From: Selaginella moellendorffii
Lineage: Eukaryota; Plantae; Lycopodiophyta
Length of the DNA: 64,000 bases
Direction: 5' to 3'
NCBI RefSeq assembly: GCF_000143415.4
Contig: NW_003314306.1
Span: 232,029 to 296,028 of the forward strand
The notes under the pieces were generated by a model. It was given only the letters and a program-made list of their open reading frames with translations, had not been told where the DNA came from and searched no databases. Shown here piece by piece: positions 50,058-63,700 of the stretch (position 1 is the stretch's first letter; each line of letters opens with the position of its first letter). Position numbers and translations under genes: made by a program.

Positions 50058-50603
50058 TTACATTCCACTGTAGGGTGGCCTAAAAACCCCATATTTTGCA
50101 TTAGCCGATGCAATGTTTCCCAAAGGGATGTTGTTCCTCACCATAAAGCGATAGTGGGTATGTGTCCATAACTCATTCTTGAATCTATTGTACATCCACA
50201 CATGCACATTTTCCAGACCCGCCGTTGAGCAATTCCTACAGTGCTCAAGAAAAGTTTGTAAACCTATAGAGCCATTTGTCTTGTCCAAGAAAAAGTAGCA
50301 TATTGGACACCAAATGTAATAGCATTTTGTGCTTTCAAGTAGTCCCACCATATTAGGAGCAAGATCTTGCAAAAACATGTGGTATTGCTCTTGAAGCGCT
50401 GGAGGCAATCCCTCTCTAGTAGCAAGATTTGAAATTTCACATATAGGGAGCTCTAGTTCAACTTCACTAGAACCCTCAACAGAAAAAAAATTGTTATGTG
50501 GAGGTGAAAGTGGAATATTGGTAGAACTTGAGGATGGAGGTGGAGATTGATATGAAATGCTGGGGGGCTAAGTACAAGTAGCAATGACTCTCCTTTGAGC
50601 CAT
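50058..50603 (-). pseudogene. About 180-codon gene with a Ser/Pro-rich N-terminus and a putative Zn finger; one in-frame stop
   Basis: ATG at 50603 is in frame with ORF 50058-50408; YIWCPIC..FLEHCRNC..H pattern. Confidence 0.5.
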
Positions 50604-51617
50604 TTCAATACAAACTTCTAAGGAGCTCAAAGAGAACAAAAAACCTATGATAACTATAACTTTTCTAGATAGTTTATATACTAAGTTTTAGTCTTGAGAA
50701 TGAGGCTTATTTATTATGACACTGACAATACTCAGATTCTTTAAATGTCAGTCTTGGAAATGAATCTTCATAATCATAGCTTTCTTGTAAACATAAGAGC
50801 TTCTAGAATTTTAAATTATCGTGTATACACATGCTCTATCATTATGATGAATCCTACTTTACTACATATATATTCTTTTCTACACATGCCAAATGTCTAG
50901 GGAAATAAATTGCAAGGAAATATAGACCACATTATAGTGGTAAAGCACGTTGGCACGCTACCATTCTCTCATGTGAAATTGCCTTTCAATTTTAGAATTC
51001 ATGTGAGAATTTTAAAGGTTGATCAATTTTATATGCAAGATCTTCCTTTAGGAAGAAATCTCTTATAGCCATATCAACTTCTCGTTTAGGGGTTTCTTGA
51101 TTAAGTACTTCTTTGAGTATTGAATATAGATCAACTTCTGAAATTGGCTCAATTTTAAGGAAAACTTATTATTCTTAGAAATCATTTAAGTCTTCCTCCC
51201 GATCATAATATTGAGTTTTAAAGGGTTGATTTTTCTTTTCCAACTATATAGTGGAAGTAATGGGCATAGATATTTTCTGGTTGCCCTGTTCTATACACAA
51301 GAAATCATTTTTATAATATTGGTTTGTGCAAGCAATTTTTATCCAAGGTCTGCTTAGTAGAGTTTTATAGGTAGAATGTTGTCGTGTCATTTTAAACACA
51401 ACATAATTGAGTTTGTACTTTAAGTTAGCTACATTGATTAAAACATTTCTAATAATTCCAATAGGCCTGACATTTTAGTCATTAACCATTTGTACATTAT
51501 ATAGTGTTGGTATAATTGGGCCTAGGCATAATTCTTTGCAAATACACTCTTCTAAAATATTCATACTTAAGCCATCATCAATAAGAGTTTTAGATAATAG
51601 ATTCTTGCCAATCTTTA

Positions 51618-54600
51618 TGTAAGCGATTAATTTTTCCATTCTACTTTAGTCACTTAACCGCACCTCTGACCATTTGGAGGAGTCTCATTCGCAACCTCCA
51701 TAAGTCCCATTCAGAACTTGGGGCTTGCTAGCCCCGCGAATGGCATCCACGCCACTCAACTTGTACACTTGGTCCAAGTGCTTCACATGTCCGATCCCAT
51801 GACCGACACCCCAAAGTACCACTGACATACCAGCCCGTTACGCTAGGCCATGCCCATCCACCTTGGTCACGTCGGTGGTCCAACACCACTTGCATTACAA
51901 TCCCGTCTCTCAAAGACTAGGCCATGCATCCATGAGTGGCTATCCCAGATCCACTCCATAGCATCCTCAGGATGCCTGCAGACATGGGGAATTATAGCCT
52001 TCCCCAATGTCTCCTTTCCGGTCCCCACCAAGTCCCTTCCTGTCCATGGTTGTGTTCACCAACACTGCCACTGGATCAAGGCCCACAGGCCCGACCACTA
52101 AGTCCAACTGTCCTCTGGGACTTTCTCACTGTGTGACTCGGTCCCTTGTCACCACACTAGGGGGCTGCTCCTCTTTCTTTCCACAGTCTGGGACTTTGGG
52201 GCAACATTTTGGAACACCGTGGCCCTACGCGGGCCTCGTGGGTACTCTCTTCGCCTTCTGCCTTTGGGTGCTCTAGCCATGGGCTTAGAGCGAGGTTCCG
52301 TTAAGCCACACCAGGTATCCAAGTAGGTAGTGCCACCCACACTTGGATTGGGAGCATTGGCCAGTTGATCTCCCGGGGGAACTAGAGCCGGCTCTTGAAC
52401 ACTTCACCAAGCTACCCCATTTGTCGGTCCGTGTTCACTCTAATCTTGGACTTCCTAGTGGGCAGGTCATCACCCAACACTGGGTCCGGCCTTCCTGGGC
52501 CAAACTGGCCTTTCCTGGCCAAACTGGCTCCACTGCAATCCTCCCCCTACTATACTTTTGGAGCTCACCAAACCCCCCAGGGTCTGGGAGACGAACGCTT
52601 TGGGCTTTCACCCTCTCAGACTCGAACTCAGACTCGGACTCAGACTTGGACTCGGACTCGGACTCAGACTCAGACTTGGACTTGGACTCGGACTCGGACT
52701 CGGACTCGGACTCGGACTCGGACTCAGACTCTGACTCGGGCTCGGTCTCGACCTCGGCCTTGGTCTCGGTCTCGGTCTCGATCCTGATCTCGGTCTCGGT
52801 CTCGGTCCCGATCTCGGTCTCGGTCTCGGTCCCGATCTCGGTCTCGGTCTCGATCCCGGTCTCGGTCCCGGTCTCAGTCTTGACTTCGGACTCCATCTCA
52901 GGTCCATTTCGGACTCCATCTCGGGTCCATCTCGGACTCCACCTTGGGTCCATCTCGGGCTCCATCTCGGGTCCATCTCGGGTCCATCTCGGACTCCATC
53001 TCAGGTCCATCTCGGACTCCATCTCAGGTCCATCTCGGACTCCATCTTGGACTTCATCTCGGGTCCATTTCGGACTCCATCTCGGACTCCATCTCTTGTC
53101 CATTTCGGACTCCACCTTGGACTCCATCTCGGGTCCTTCTCGGACTCCACTTCGGACTCCAACTCGGGTCTATCTTGGGTCCATCTCGGACACTTCCACG
53201 TGTCATATGTTGGTCCTTTTGGGTCCCTTTTTGGAGCCTCACTTATTGCTCGCTTCGTGCTCATTCCTCAAGCACTTCGTTGGGAGTTCCACTCCCACTC
53301 TCAACCTTTTCAAGTCGGAACTTTTAGTCCAAACGTGTTACGTTCATTTGGCTTTCGCTTCGGCCACTACCACGTGTCACCCTTTTAGCTCCACTTTGGG
53401 GCCTAGGGATTTTGTGTCTCACAACTCCACCACCCATAGACGAAGTTCGATGTCCTCATCGAACGATAAACTATTTTATAAAGTAATACCAACTTGTATT
53501 ACCGTTTCCATCTTTGGCCCCTCGCCAATATTTGTCAATGGTCTAATATTGAAGGCTCACCATGCCTTCCCCATCCTCTAAGGAGTGTAGTCTCTCCAAC
53601 TTAGAGACTGATTGGACCACTTGTGGTGGTTTTCTCCTTTTTATTGGTTTAGTTCTCACTAAACTTGTTAGAGACACCTTCTCTAACTCAATCCCACTAC
53701 TCATTCTCGAGTGGTCTCACTTTCCATTGATATAATCCTTGCACTTTGGAACCTTTTAATTTTGACTTCTCAGAGTCAATTTCCTAGGTGTCTCTGACAC
53801 CTTACGTTGCACATGGTGCAACTCCACTTCCTGTCCTAGGAAATTCTTTATTTGAGGGCACCATCATCCTCTCTTCGATATTGTGCCACCCTTGGCACTA
53901 AATTCCAGCTATTGTAATTTGTGCTAGGGTTGTCTATGGCCCTATCATTTGGCTACTTTACCACTCCATCCCTTGGAGCTTCCCCCTTCGCCAAATCAGA
54001 GCAATTGGGAACCTATCCTTGGAAACACATTGCTTTCCAATAATCTGTTATCATTTAACACATTAGTGTTCTTGGACTAACTTTACCATTTGGCTTCTAT
54101 CTCATGATTCCCATAGCCTTTTTCTTAGCCACTAGTCTTTTGCTCCTATCCTTGATTGTTGCACCACGCAACACAGAATCGTCACCTCCATTCTCGAGGT
54201 ATTCTTTCAATTCCATAGCAAAGACTTTGCTTTGCCAAGTCTAGAGGGTGTTCACCCTTAGTATGTCTCCTTAGCATTTTTTTGCTATGGGCTCTATTAT
54301 GGCCCAACTTTGAGACCCTCCGATGGATCTCTTATAGAGACTACTTTCCTCAGACTTATTATGCCATTGCATTGACAGCTCATTTCCCTTAGGTGTTCCT
54401 CCCACTTGGTCACCTTGACCAAGCCACACCATCATCAATAGTTCCAATCAACACTTTGAACTTGGAATTTTATCCCTTAACCTCACAAGGACCTTGTCTT
54501 TGTTTTAGCCATAAGATCATCTAGTGATCTAACCTTGGCCCCTTAACAGGTTTGCCAATACATATTAGGTTTTCCCGACCTTTAAGTTGTTCACCATGAC

Positions 54601-57600
54601 CCTGGGGGCATCCCCCACACTTGGCGGTGCACCCAAGCCAGCCCTTTCGGCCAAGGGTCCATAACAACTGAGACTAGGTGTCCCCATCTCATTCACCACG
54701 ACCTTGGTGCCACTTGCACCAAAGTGTTCAAGTTAGATATGCTGAGCTTTCACACTAAGCAATCCAACCGTATATCACGACTTCGAGGCATCCCTCGCTT
54801 GGCGGTGTGCCCAAACTAGTCTCCCCACTAAGAGTCCATGACCACCAAAATATAAGTGTCCTCATATTCCAAACCATCACCACGCCCTAGTGAGTTGGGA
54901 CTCGAACCCAAGCACTAGAGGGTCGGGACTCGAACCCAACCTCCATATACACATCTACGGATGGCATCACATAGGATGCCTAGCGTGACTCCCCACACCG
55001 GTGCACTAACTTATACTTAAAATGCGCTATAGATCACCGCTTAGGAACTTAATTCCTTCACACTGCCAAGTTTTCTCACTTGACCAGTCTGTGATCATGC
55101 ATGGACTCCTCCATGTTTGGCCCCATGGGCCACCCCTTTGAAGTTGGCTCCTTCAACTAGGGTATTCATTCCCCTGACTTGCCAATCTCACTTAGCAAAT
55201 CATCCGACCACTGTAACATGGTTCATGCATAAGCGTGAAAGTCCTTAACTATCGACTTTCGTTCAAAGCCCTCTCTTTGAATACTCGGGAACTACTTCTC
55301 TAATCTTGATAGCCTCGCCTCATGGCAAGCTTCAAGACTACGCTTCTGCTGCGCCACTCTAATTTCGCGCACTCTATAAACCATTTACACTTGGATGTCT
55401 AGGTACTTATCTACCTAGGGGAACGTTCAAGGAACTCTGTTCCTTAGCTTGCTAAGGTCTTTCCATTTGCAAGCTTTCCAATTACCATATAGCCTAACAT
55501 GGACAATCCCATACTTTAGACTTTCCATGGCATCCCGGTCGCTAGTAACAACATGCTTGAGCACCCACTTGATTTTCCACTCCCAACTTGCATAACCACC
55601 CTTGATCATGTCTGTCCGCCCAAGCTAGCTGGGAAAACAAAGTTACATTTCACTCTAACCTCTTCAGACTAACCACCCTTTTCAGGCCCATCACTAGCCT
55701 TGCCAAAATCCCCTTTTTGGCTTTGTCTAATTTGGGTAAACGAACTTCTCTCGTCTCCGCAACCTTGGACATTTGGATAGCACATCCTATCCATCATTCA
55801 CTAGGGACTTTGTCCCTTGGGCATTATCCATTGCCCTCATGCCACCAAATACCACCTTCTGGTGTTCTAGAGTGTTTGGGTGTCCCAATGATGGTCTCTT
55901 TTTGACAATGAGCATTCCCCTTTCGACATTGACTTACTATATCGCAACATAAGCAATTTATCCCCCATAAAGGTATATCTAACTTCCTTATCCCAATAAG
56001 AAGTCTTAAGTAGTTGCCTTTTACTAGTTTAACAATTTATTTTGCATCTTTTGCTTAGTTGCTTTATAGTTGTCAAGTTCTACAACTCATTGCTGGTGCT
56101 TCCACACCTCCATCATTATCTGGGTCACCACACTCTAACCGCATGCCTTCCAGCATAGGCTATGCTATTCCCATTTCCATTGGGATTCCTTTAGAATGGG
56201 TTCTCATAAACCCGCCAACTTGACCTCAAGGCAACACGCCTTGGCACATTCGGTGTCTCCACACCATTGGCTCCACGAGCCTACCTTTATGACACTTCTT
56301 ACTAGTGTCTAGGTCTTTTTGCCAAGACCAATATGGTTGTCTCTTATGCCAATTATCCATTAGCATTGCACCATAGAGTTCACGCACAACTTTGCATCAA
56401 AGTTGTTTTCTTCCGGGAAACTCCTTCTCACGACTTTAGCGTGGCACCTTCTGCCATCAATGAGATACACACTGCTCTCATGCTTGTATCTCAAGATCCT
56501 CCCCATCCTTCGTGGGGCACCACACACCTCAGTCCAAATGCTTTCCTCAAGCCTTTAGAGGATTATACCTTGACTCTATTAGAGTCATTCAACTTTTTGG
56601 ACTTTGTTAATCCGATGACCCATGAGGTCCTACCTTTGAGGTGCTAGCTCATTGGAATACAACTCCTTGTATTCATGTCCTACTCCAAGGACCATCTTTT
56701 GCAAGTGTTACTCCGACACTCGATTTTTTCTCTAGGGGCAACCTTTCGCCCCTTAGGACCACTTGTCCATGTGATGAGAATACCAACTCATCCTCTAAGT
56801 ACACCCCCAACTCCTTGGGTTGTTCCAGCATTTATTAGAGGTAGCCCCGGCTACCATTTCAAGGACTTGTGTCCTCTTCCGTATTTGACCTCCCATGGTC
56901 ATCAATTTCGGTCTCAAATTTATGAGCACTAGCCCCAACTATATGAGGGTAATCTTGTGACTCCTTTATTGTTTTGGAGTCTGCATCTTGCCCGTGATCC
57001 CAACGATAGTTGTTTACTGCTGCGTCAAACGCTCATTTGGATCACATCCTCAACTCTCTAAGGAAACCCTTACATTGTTCCCAAGATCCCAAAGTCGTTT
57101 CATTATTGACCCTTTTCTATCCACCACGTTGTCTACAAGTTCACACATGAACTGTAATGGAGAGCCATGTCTTCCCGACCTGCTACTCCTCAAGGATAGG
57201 CCCACTCCTCGGACCTTTTGATGCCAACACCAGTGGTGATATACTTGAGCACCAATAAAAGTCGGACTAAGGAACAGCTCCGATACCAATTTGTAAGCGA
57301 TTAATTTTTCCATTCTACTTTAGTCACTTAACCGCACCTCTGACCACTTGGAGGAGTCTCATTTGCAACCTCCATAAGTCCCATTCAGAACTTGGGGCTT
57401 GCTAGCCCCGCGAATGGCATCCACGCCACTCAACCTGTGCACTTGGTCTAAGTGCTCCACATGTCCGATCCCATGACCGACACCCCAAGGTACCACTGAC
57501 CAACCCGTTACGCTAGGCCATGCCCATCCACCTTGGTCACGTCGGTGGTTCAACACCATCTACATTACAATCCCGTCTCTCAAAGACTAGGCCATGCATC

Positions 57601-58769
57601 CATGAGTGGCTATCCCAGATCCACTCCATAGCATTCTCAGAATGCCTGCAGACATGGGGAATAGCCTTCCCCAATGTCTCCTTTCCGGTCCCCACCAAGT
57701 CCCTTCCTGTTCATGGTCGTGTTCACCAACACTGCCACTGGATCAAGGCCCACAGGCCTGACCACTAAGTCCAACTGTCCTCTGGGATTTCCTCACTGTG
57801 TGACTGTGTCCCTTGTCACCACACTAGGGGGCTGCTCCTCTTTCTTTCCACAGTCTGGGACTTTGGGGCAACATTTCGGAACACCGTGGCCCTACGCGGG
57901 CCTCGTGGGTACTCTCCTCGCCTTCTGCCTTTGGGTGCTCTAGCCATGGGCTTAGAGCGAGGTTCCGTTGAGCCACACCAGGTATCCAAGTAGGTAGTGC
58001 CACCCACACTTGGACTGGGAGCATCGGCCAGTCGATCTCCCGGGGGAACTAAAGCTGGCTCTTGAACACTTCACTAAGCTACCCCACTTGTCGGTCCGTG
58101 TTCACTCTAGTCTTGGACTTCCCAGTGGGCAGCTCATCACCCAACATTGGGTCCGGCCTTCCTGGGCCAAACTGGCCTTTCCTGGCCAAACTGGCTCCAC
58201 TGCAGTCCTCCCCCTACTATACTTTTGGAGCTCACCAAACCCCCCAGGGTCTGGGAGACGAACGCTTTGGGCTTTCACCCTCTCAGACTCGAACTTGGAC
58301 TCGGACTCGGACTTGGACTCGGATTTGGACTCGGGCTCGGTCTCGGCCTCGGCCTCGGTCTCGGTCCTGATCTCGGTCTCGGTCTCGGTCTCGATCCTGG
58401 TCTCGGTCCCGGTCTCGGTCTTGACTTCGGACTCCATCTCGGGTCCATCTCGGACTCCACCTCGGACTCCATCTCGGGGTCCTTCTCGAACTCCACTTCG
58501 GACTCCAACTCGGGTCCATCTCGGGTCCATCTCGGACACTTCCACATGTCATGTGTTGGTCCTTTTGGGTCCTTTTTTGGAGCCTCACTTATTGCTCGCT
58601 TCGTGCTCATTCCTCGAGCACTTCATTGGGAGTTCCACTCCCACTCTCGACCTTTTCAAGTCGGAGCTTTTAGTCCAAATGTGTTACGTTCATTTGGCTT
58701 TCGCTTCGGCCACTACCACGTGGCCCCCTTTTGGCTCCACTTTGGGGCCTAGGGATTTTGTGTCTCACA
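51618..58769 (-). mobile_element. Two-LTR retrotransposon with a decayed internal region (probably Gypsy); LTRs 57292-58769 (5') and 51618-53423 (3')
   Basis: Both LTRs run TG..CA. The 5-bp TSD CTTTA is at 51613-51617 and 58770-58774. PBS TGGTATCGGAGC (tRNA-iMet type) is at 57277-57288 on the minus strand. A purine-rich tract adjoins 53423. Confidence 0.95.
52615..53190. repeat. GGACTC/GGTCTC hexamer and CCATCTCGGACT 12-mer arrays inside the LTR
   Basis: Directly visible; shorter versions occur at 58285-58540 and 60110-60475. Confidence 0.95.
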
Positions 58770-59249
58770 CTTTATATCAATTATAAAAACTTCATTATCA
58801 TAATCTCTTAGCTTAATTATAATGGCCATAGATGAGATTAAAGTTTCTTCCTTTTTAGGTGAGAACTCTCCAAGCAATACAACTCTAAGGTAAGGTACTA
58901 TAGTGAGAAGCTGGCCTAGAGTAAGTGTAATTCTAACATTTAAAATGCCTTTTGTTACCTTCTTCTCATCCTTGCCATCTAGCTTTAGTATAGGATTTTC
59001 TTTTTGTGCTAGTGGTAAATTTATGTCAGCCTGTAAAGGTGTAAAACTCTCTGTGTTAGAATCACCATTTTTCAAATCGACTTATGGTTGTGAGTTTTGG
59101 AGTTGTTGAGTGATTTTTGCACTGATCTTTTCCTTCTGGTACCATTGAGAGTTGAGGATGATTTCTACTTCATCATCACTCTCTTCCTCTTGGCTTTAAA
59201 ATTTAGCTCTTTTTCATTGGGCTTTGGTCATAACACAAAAGCTAGATAA

Positions 59250-60707
59250 TGTAAGTGACTAATTTTTCCATTTTACTTTAGTCACTTAACCACACCTTCG
59301 ACCATTTGGAGGAGTCTCACTCATAACCTCCATAAGTCTTATTCCAGACTTAAGGCTTGTTATTCCCGAGAATGACATCCATACCATTCAACTTTTGCAC
59401 TTGGTCCAAGTGCTCCACGTGTCTGATCCCATGGTCAACACCCTAAGGTACCACCGACATATTAACTTGTTATGCTAAGGCCATGCCCATTCACCTTAGT
59501 CATACCGGTGGTCTAACACCATCTGCATCACAGTCCCATCTCTAAAAAATTGGGCCATCTATCCATAAGTGATCATCCTAGATCCACTCCTTAGCATCCT
59601 TAAGATGCCCGCAGACATGGGGAATAACATTCCCCAATATCCCTTTTACAGTCCCCACTAAGTCCCTTTTTTATCCATGGCCATATTTGCCAACACTACC
59701 ACTTGGACAAAGCCCACAGGCCTAACCACTAAGTTCTATGGTTCTCTGGGACTTCTTCACCACATGACCGTATCCTTGATCACTACACTAGAGGATTACT
59801 CCTCTTCCTTTTCACAGTTTGGGACTTTGGGACAACATTTCGGAACACCATGGTCCTACACAAACCTTATGGGTATTCTCCCCACCTTTTGCATTTGGGT
59901 GCTCTAGCCATGGGCTTAGAGCAAGGTTCCATTAAGCCACGCCAGGTATCCAAGTAGATAGTGCCACCCATATTTAAACTAGGAGTATCGACCATTCGAT
60001 CTCCCGGGGGAACTAGAGTCGGCTTTTGGAACCCCTTGCAACCAACACCCCCCCCCCGCCTAGGGGACGATCACTTTGGGCTTTCACCCAACAATTTGTA
60101 TTAGTATTTGGACTCGAACTCGGATTCAGACTCGATCTTAGTCTCGGTTTTGGACTTGGACTCAGTCTTGGTCTCGATTCCATCTCGAACTCCATCTCAA
60201 ACTTCATCTTGAGTCTATCTCGGACTTCATCTCAAGTCCATCTTAGACTCCATCTTGGGTCCATCTCGAACTCCATCTCGAACTTCTTCTTAGACTCCTT
60301 CTTGGACTCCATCTTGGACTTCTTCTCGGACTCTATCTCAGACTCCATCTCGGACTCTATCTTGGACTCCTTCTCGAACTCCATCTCAGACTCCTTCTCA
60401 GACTCCATCTCAGACTATTTTTCAGACTCCATCTCAAACTCCTTCTCGGACTCCATCTCAGACTCTATCTTGGACACTTCCACATGTCATATATTGGTCC
60501 TTTTGTATCCCTTTTTGAGAGATTTACTTATTGCTTGCTTCGTGCTTATTTCTTGAGCCCTTTGTTGGGAGTTCCACTTCCACTCTCGACTTTTTGAGTC
60601 AAAGTTTTTAATTCATATGTGTTACACTCATTTGGCTTCCGCCTCAGCCACTACCATATGGCACCCTTTCGGCTCCTCTTTAGGGCCAAAAGATTTTATG
60701 TCTCACA
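59250..60707 (-). mobile_element. Older solo LTR of the same family as 51618-58769
   Basis: Collinear with the other two LTRs, TG..CA ends, no internal region; flanks GATAA and AATAG fit a decayed 5-bp TSD. Confidence 0.85.
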
Positions 60708-63700
60708 AATAGCTCTTCTATATTTGACCATTTTACCTCAACATACTTAGTTGCAAATTGCATATTCTTAAGAGGCCTATCATTTTTGCTTGAAAATTCA
60801 GATTGATTGTATGGCCTAGGATAGCAAGTAGGAGTTTTAATTTGATCATACTCTTTTAGCCTTTTATAATTTCTAGGCATAATTTATAGGTTGATCATAT
60901 TCTCTAAGCTGATTATAGTCTTTAGGCTTATTTTCCTCACAACTAAGTGAATAATCTGGAAAATTATCTCTATGCGGATAATCCTAATGGTCATCTTGCA
61001 TTTCAGTAAGTGGGTATTCATATTTAGTGTTTCGATTACATTCATCTTATAATAACTTTTATTGTCAAGTGGATAATTTTGCCAATGTGTTGTTTTATCA
61101 ACTCAGGTTGACTGTTGGCCTCCTAGTCATTTAAATAAGGTTCTACACTCCTTAGTTGAATACCCCTTTTTTTCACAAAATTGGCACTTGATCAACTAAA
61201 GTTTGCATTCTTCTTTATTATAGCCTTTATTTTTGCATTTGGTACACCAAATCCCTTATCTAAGATTGGTTTGCAATTTGAGGCTTTTTAAATGACTAGT
61301 TTTTTTATCTATAAAAGTTATCTTTTCATTTAACTTCACTATATTTACCATATTATATTTTTTTATAAGATCTTGGTAGGCAATCATGGTTTTTTTCAAA
61401 TCATTGAAATCTACATAAGCTCTCTTTATCGCATGTTCATGATAAATTTTTTTGAAGCCTTATATATATATGCGTAGGCATATTATATCTAACACTAAGT
61501 CTTTACAACGTTTATAGTGCTTGTTAAATCGAGTTGTATATTCCTCGATTGTTTCAAATTTTCTTTGATAAAGCTTTTGCAACTCATAATAGTTTTCTCC
61601 TAGATTTATTTCCATAGAGAAAGTTTTAAAGAAAGATTATTTTTATGTATTTTGCAATATGCAGTTATGGGTCCTCTTTTTTTATTTCAGAATAGGATAG
61701 ATATGTGATGGTGGTGCTTATTGCCGTTCCTGCAATTGCTATTGTGCTTATTTCAATTTGACAAAAAAACTCTGTTTTGTAATTACTATAGGTAAAATAG
61801 GTGTTTGGTTTGTAGAGGAACATAGATCACCTTTAAAGAGTAAGAGTTGTAAATTTAGCTCTTCTTCCTTTTGTGAGGAATCACTTTAGTTTTTTTGTAT
61901 TCCTCTACTCTCAGTTAAAGCAAAGGCATTTTCTATGTGCCAATACTACCAAAGAGGAGTAATGTATGGATTCACATATTCTTGATAACCATCAAAGTTA
62001 TATTGGGATTTTTGATTTCCTCTTTATTAAAGTGTACTCAATATGCTTTCAACTCGCTCTCTTTCGAATTTTTCTTTAACTTAGTTGAGCAATAATTTAT
62101 TCTGTTCTAAAGGGAGGTTAAGATTACAAATATCACGAGCAAGTGCTTTGTAATCTCATTCTAGATCTTGTGAATACTTCTTTTCAAACTGTTTTCCGTT
62201 CATTAAATTGTGAGGGAAATGTTATATATCTATTACCTTATTTAGTATGATAGTGACAATTTTATACATAAAGACTATGCCCTTTAAAGTTTTATAAGTA
62301 AGATTAATTGTTAGTTTATGCCTATATATTTCAAAGTTTGTTAGCATTGTTACTATGGCAAGCCTAGTTATTATGCCTTGTTCATGAAGTGAGTGGTACA
62401 AAGTTTTGGTATGTAATGTATTCTTCTTGTAAATTGAACTATTTGTCACTCTTAGAAGCAAACATTTAGCTTCCCAATCAATTTTAAAATAGGGATGGAT
62501 TTCCTCTAAAGGCTAAATGTCTAAGACATTTTTTATATGAAAGTCCTAAAAAAATTTTGAGCAACAAATGTTGTTTTTCATAGAGTATTTATCTTGCTTA
62601 GGTGTGGTCCACCTTAAGCTCTTTGGAAGTTTGTATTGAAAATGGCTCAAAGGAAAGTCACTACTGTTGGGGGAAGGAGGGGCGCCTCCCCCAACGCTCG
62701 CTCAAACACGAGAAATGCTTCACTGCTCTTTGCAAAAATGCCCCCCCTCGCCCTTGTAAGGCAAGGGTTTTATACAAGGAAGATGGGGAATATTCTAAGG
62801 ACCAGAATATTCCCTCTCTCTCTCTCACTCTCCCAATGGCCACGCCCTAACATGCGACCACGGTGGATCGCGCTGGCTCCAGACGCGCAAGAACCCTCCG
62901 AAGAGTGTAGAGTGTACCTCTGCTACTGATGCCAAGTGTTGGTAACTGCGTGAAATAGTAGAAACTCTAGAAAACAGGGTGGAAAAGAAAGAAAAGAGGT
63001 AGGTGTGAAGTTTGGAGACAGGGAGAAAACCCGGTGGGAAACTCTGTAGTCAAACTGGACCCTGAAGTTGAAGAAAAGTGTAGAAAAAGTGTGAAAAGAG
63101 GAGAAAAATAGAGGAAAAAGAACGTGAGTACCCAAAGAACTTAACCCGTACCTGGATTTCGGCTCAGGAAAGTGTAATATGCAAATGCAACCTCTTGATG
63201 ACTTCTGGTATGCTCCAAGGATTGGCCGAAATCAAGAAAGAAAGAGAGGTAGAAGAGGGGATGCGTTGCCCAAGGGTGGTAAGTGTGGAAATGATGAAAG
63301 ATGGAGTGATATGGTGGAGCGCCGAGATGGTGGTGGCACTCTGAAGTGGTAGCCATTGATAACCATTGGCCCGTAGAGTAAGCACTGACCACTCGGAGTA
63401 GCCGGTAACCGGTAGCCGGTAGCCGGGTACCTGTAACCTGTAACTGGTAACCACCTACTCTCGCTCCTACTCCTGCGCCAGCTCCAGCACCGATATGGTG
63501 GAGTGATATGGTGGAGCGCTGAGATGGTGGTGGCTCTCTGAGAAGGTGGCCAGGCTGATTTGTCGGACTGAAGAAGTCAGCAGCTGAAATGGACGGCATA
63601 GTCGCTGGGTTGCCGGTAAAGAGAGGTGGCATGTGTCCACTGAGTGCTGGAGCAGAAGAAAGTGGCTTCGGCTTCTGTGGCCTCGCCTAAAGATCCACCT

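Larger units (their letters stand above)
41044..50603. mobile_element. Large three-gene DNA transposon-like element: Mutator-type transposase, ParB-MTase-like gene, Zn-finger gene and palindrome array; termini not identified
   Basis: Three genes with a similar level of decay lie together among TE remnants and share TGTCA motif clusters in their intergenic DNA; single-element status is inferred. Confidence 0.6.

Noticed and set aside
40700-51000. Terminal inverted repeats or TSD for the Mutator-like element
   Set aside because: No convincing pair was found; the flanks are degenerate and interrupted by retroelements.
52343-53581. 412-aa ORF with SDSDSD repeats resembling bacterial Ser-Asp repeat adhesins
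   Set aside because: It lies within an LTR and arises from stop-free hexamer arrays that are open in several frames and on both strands.
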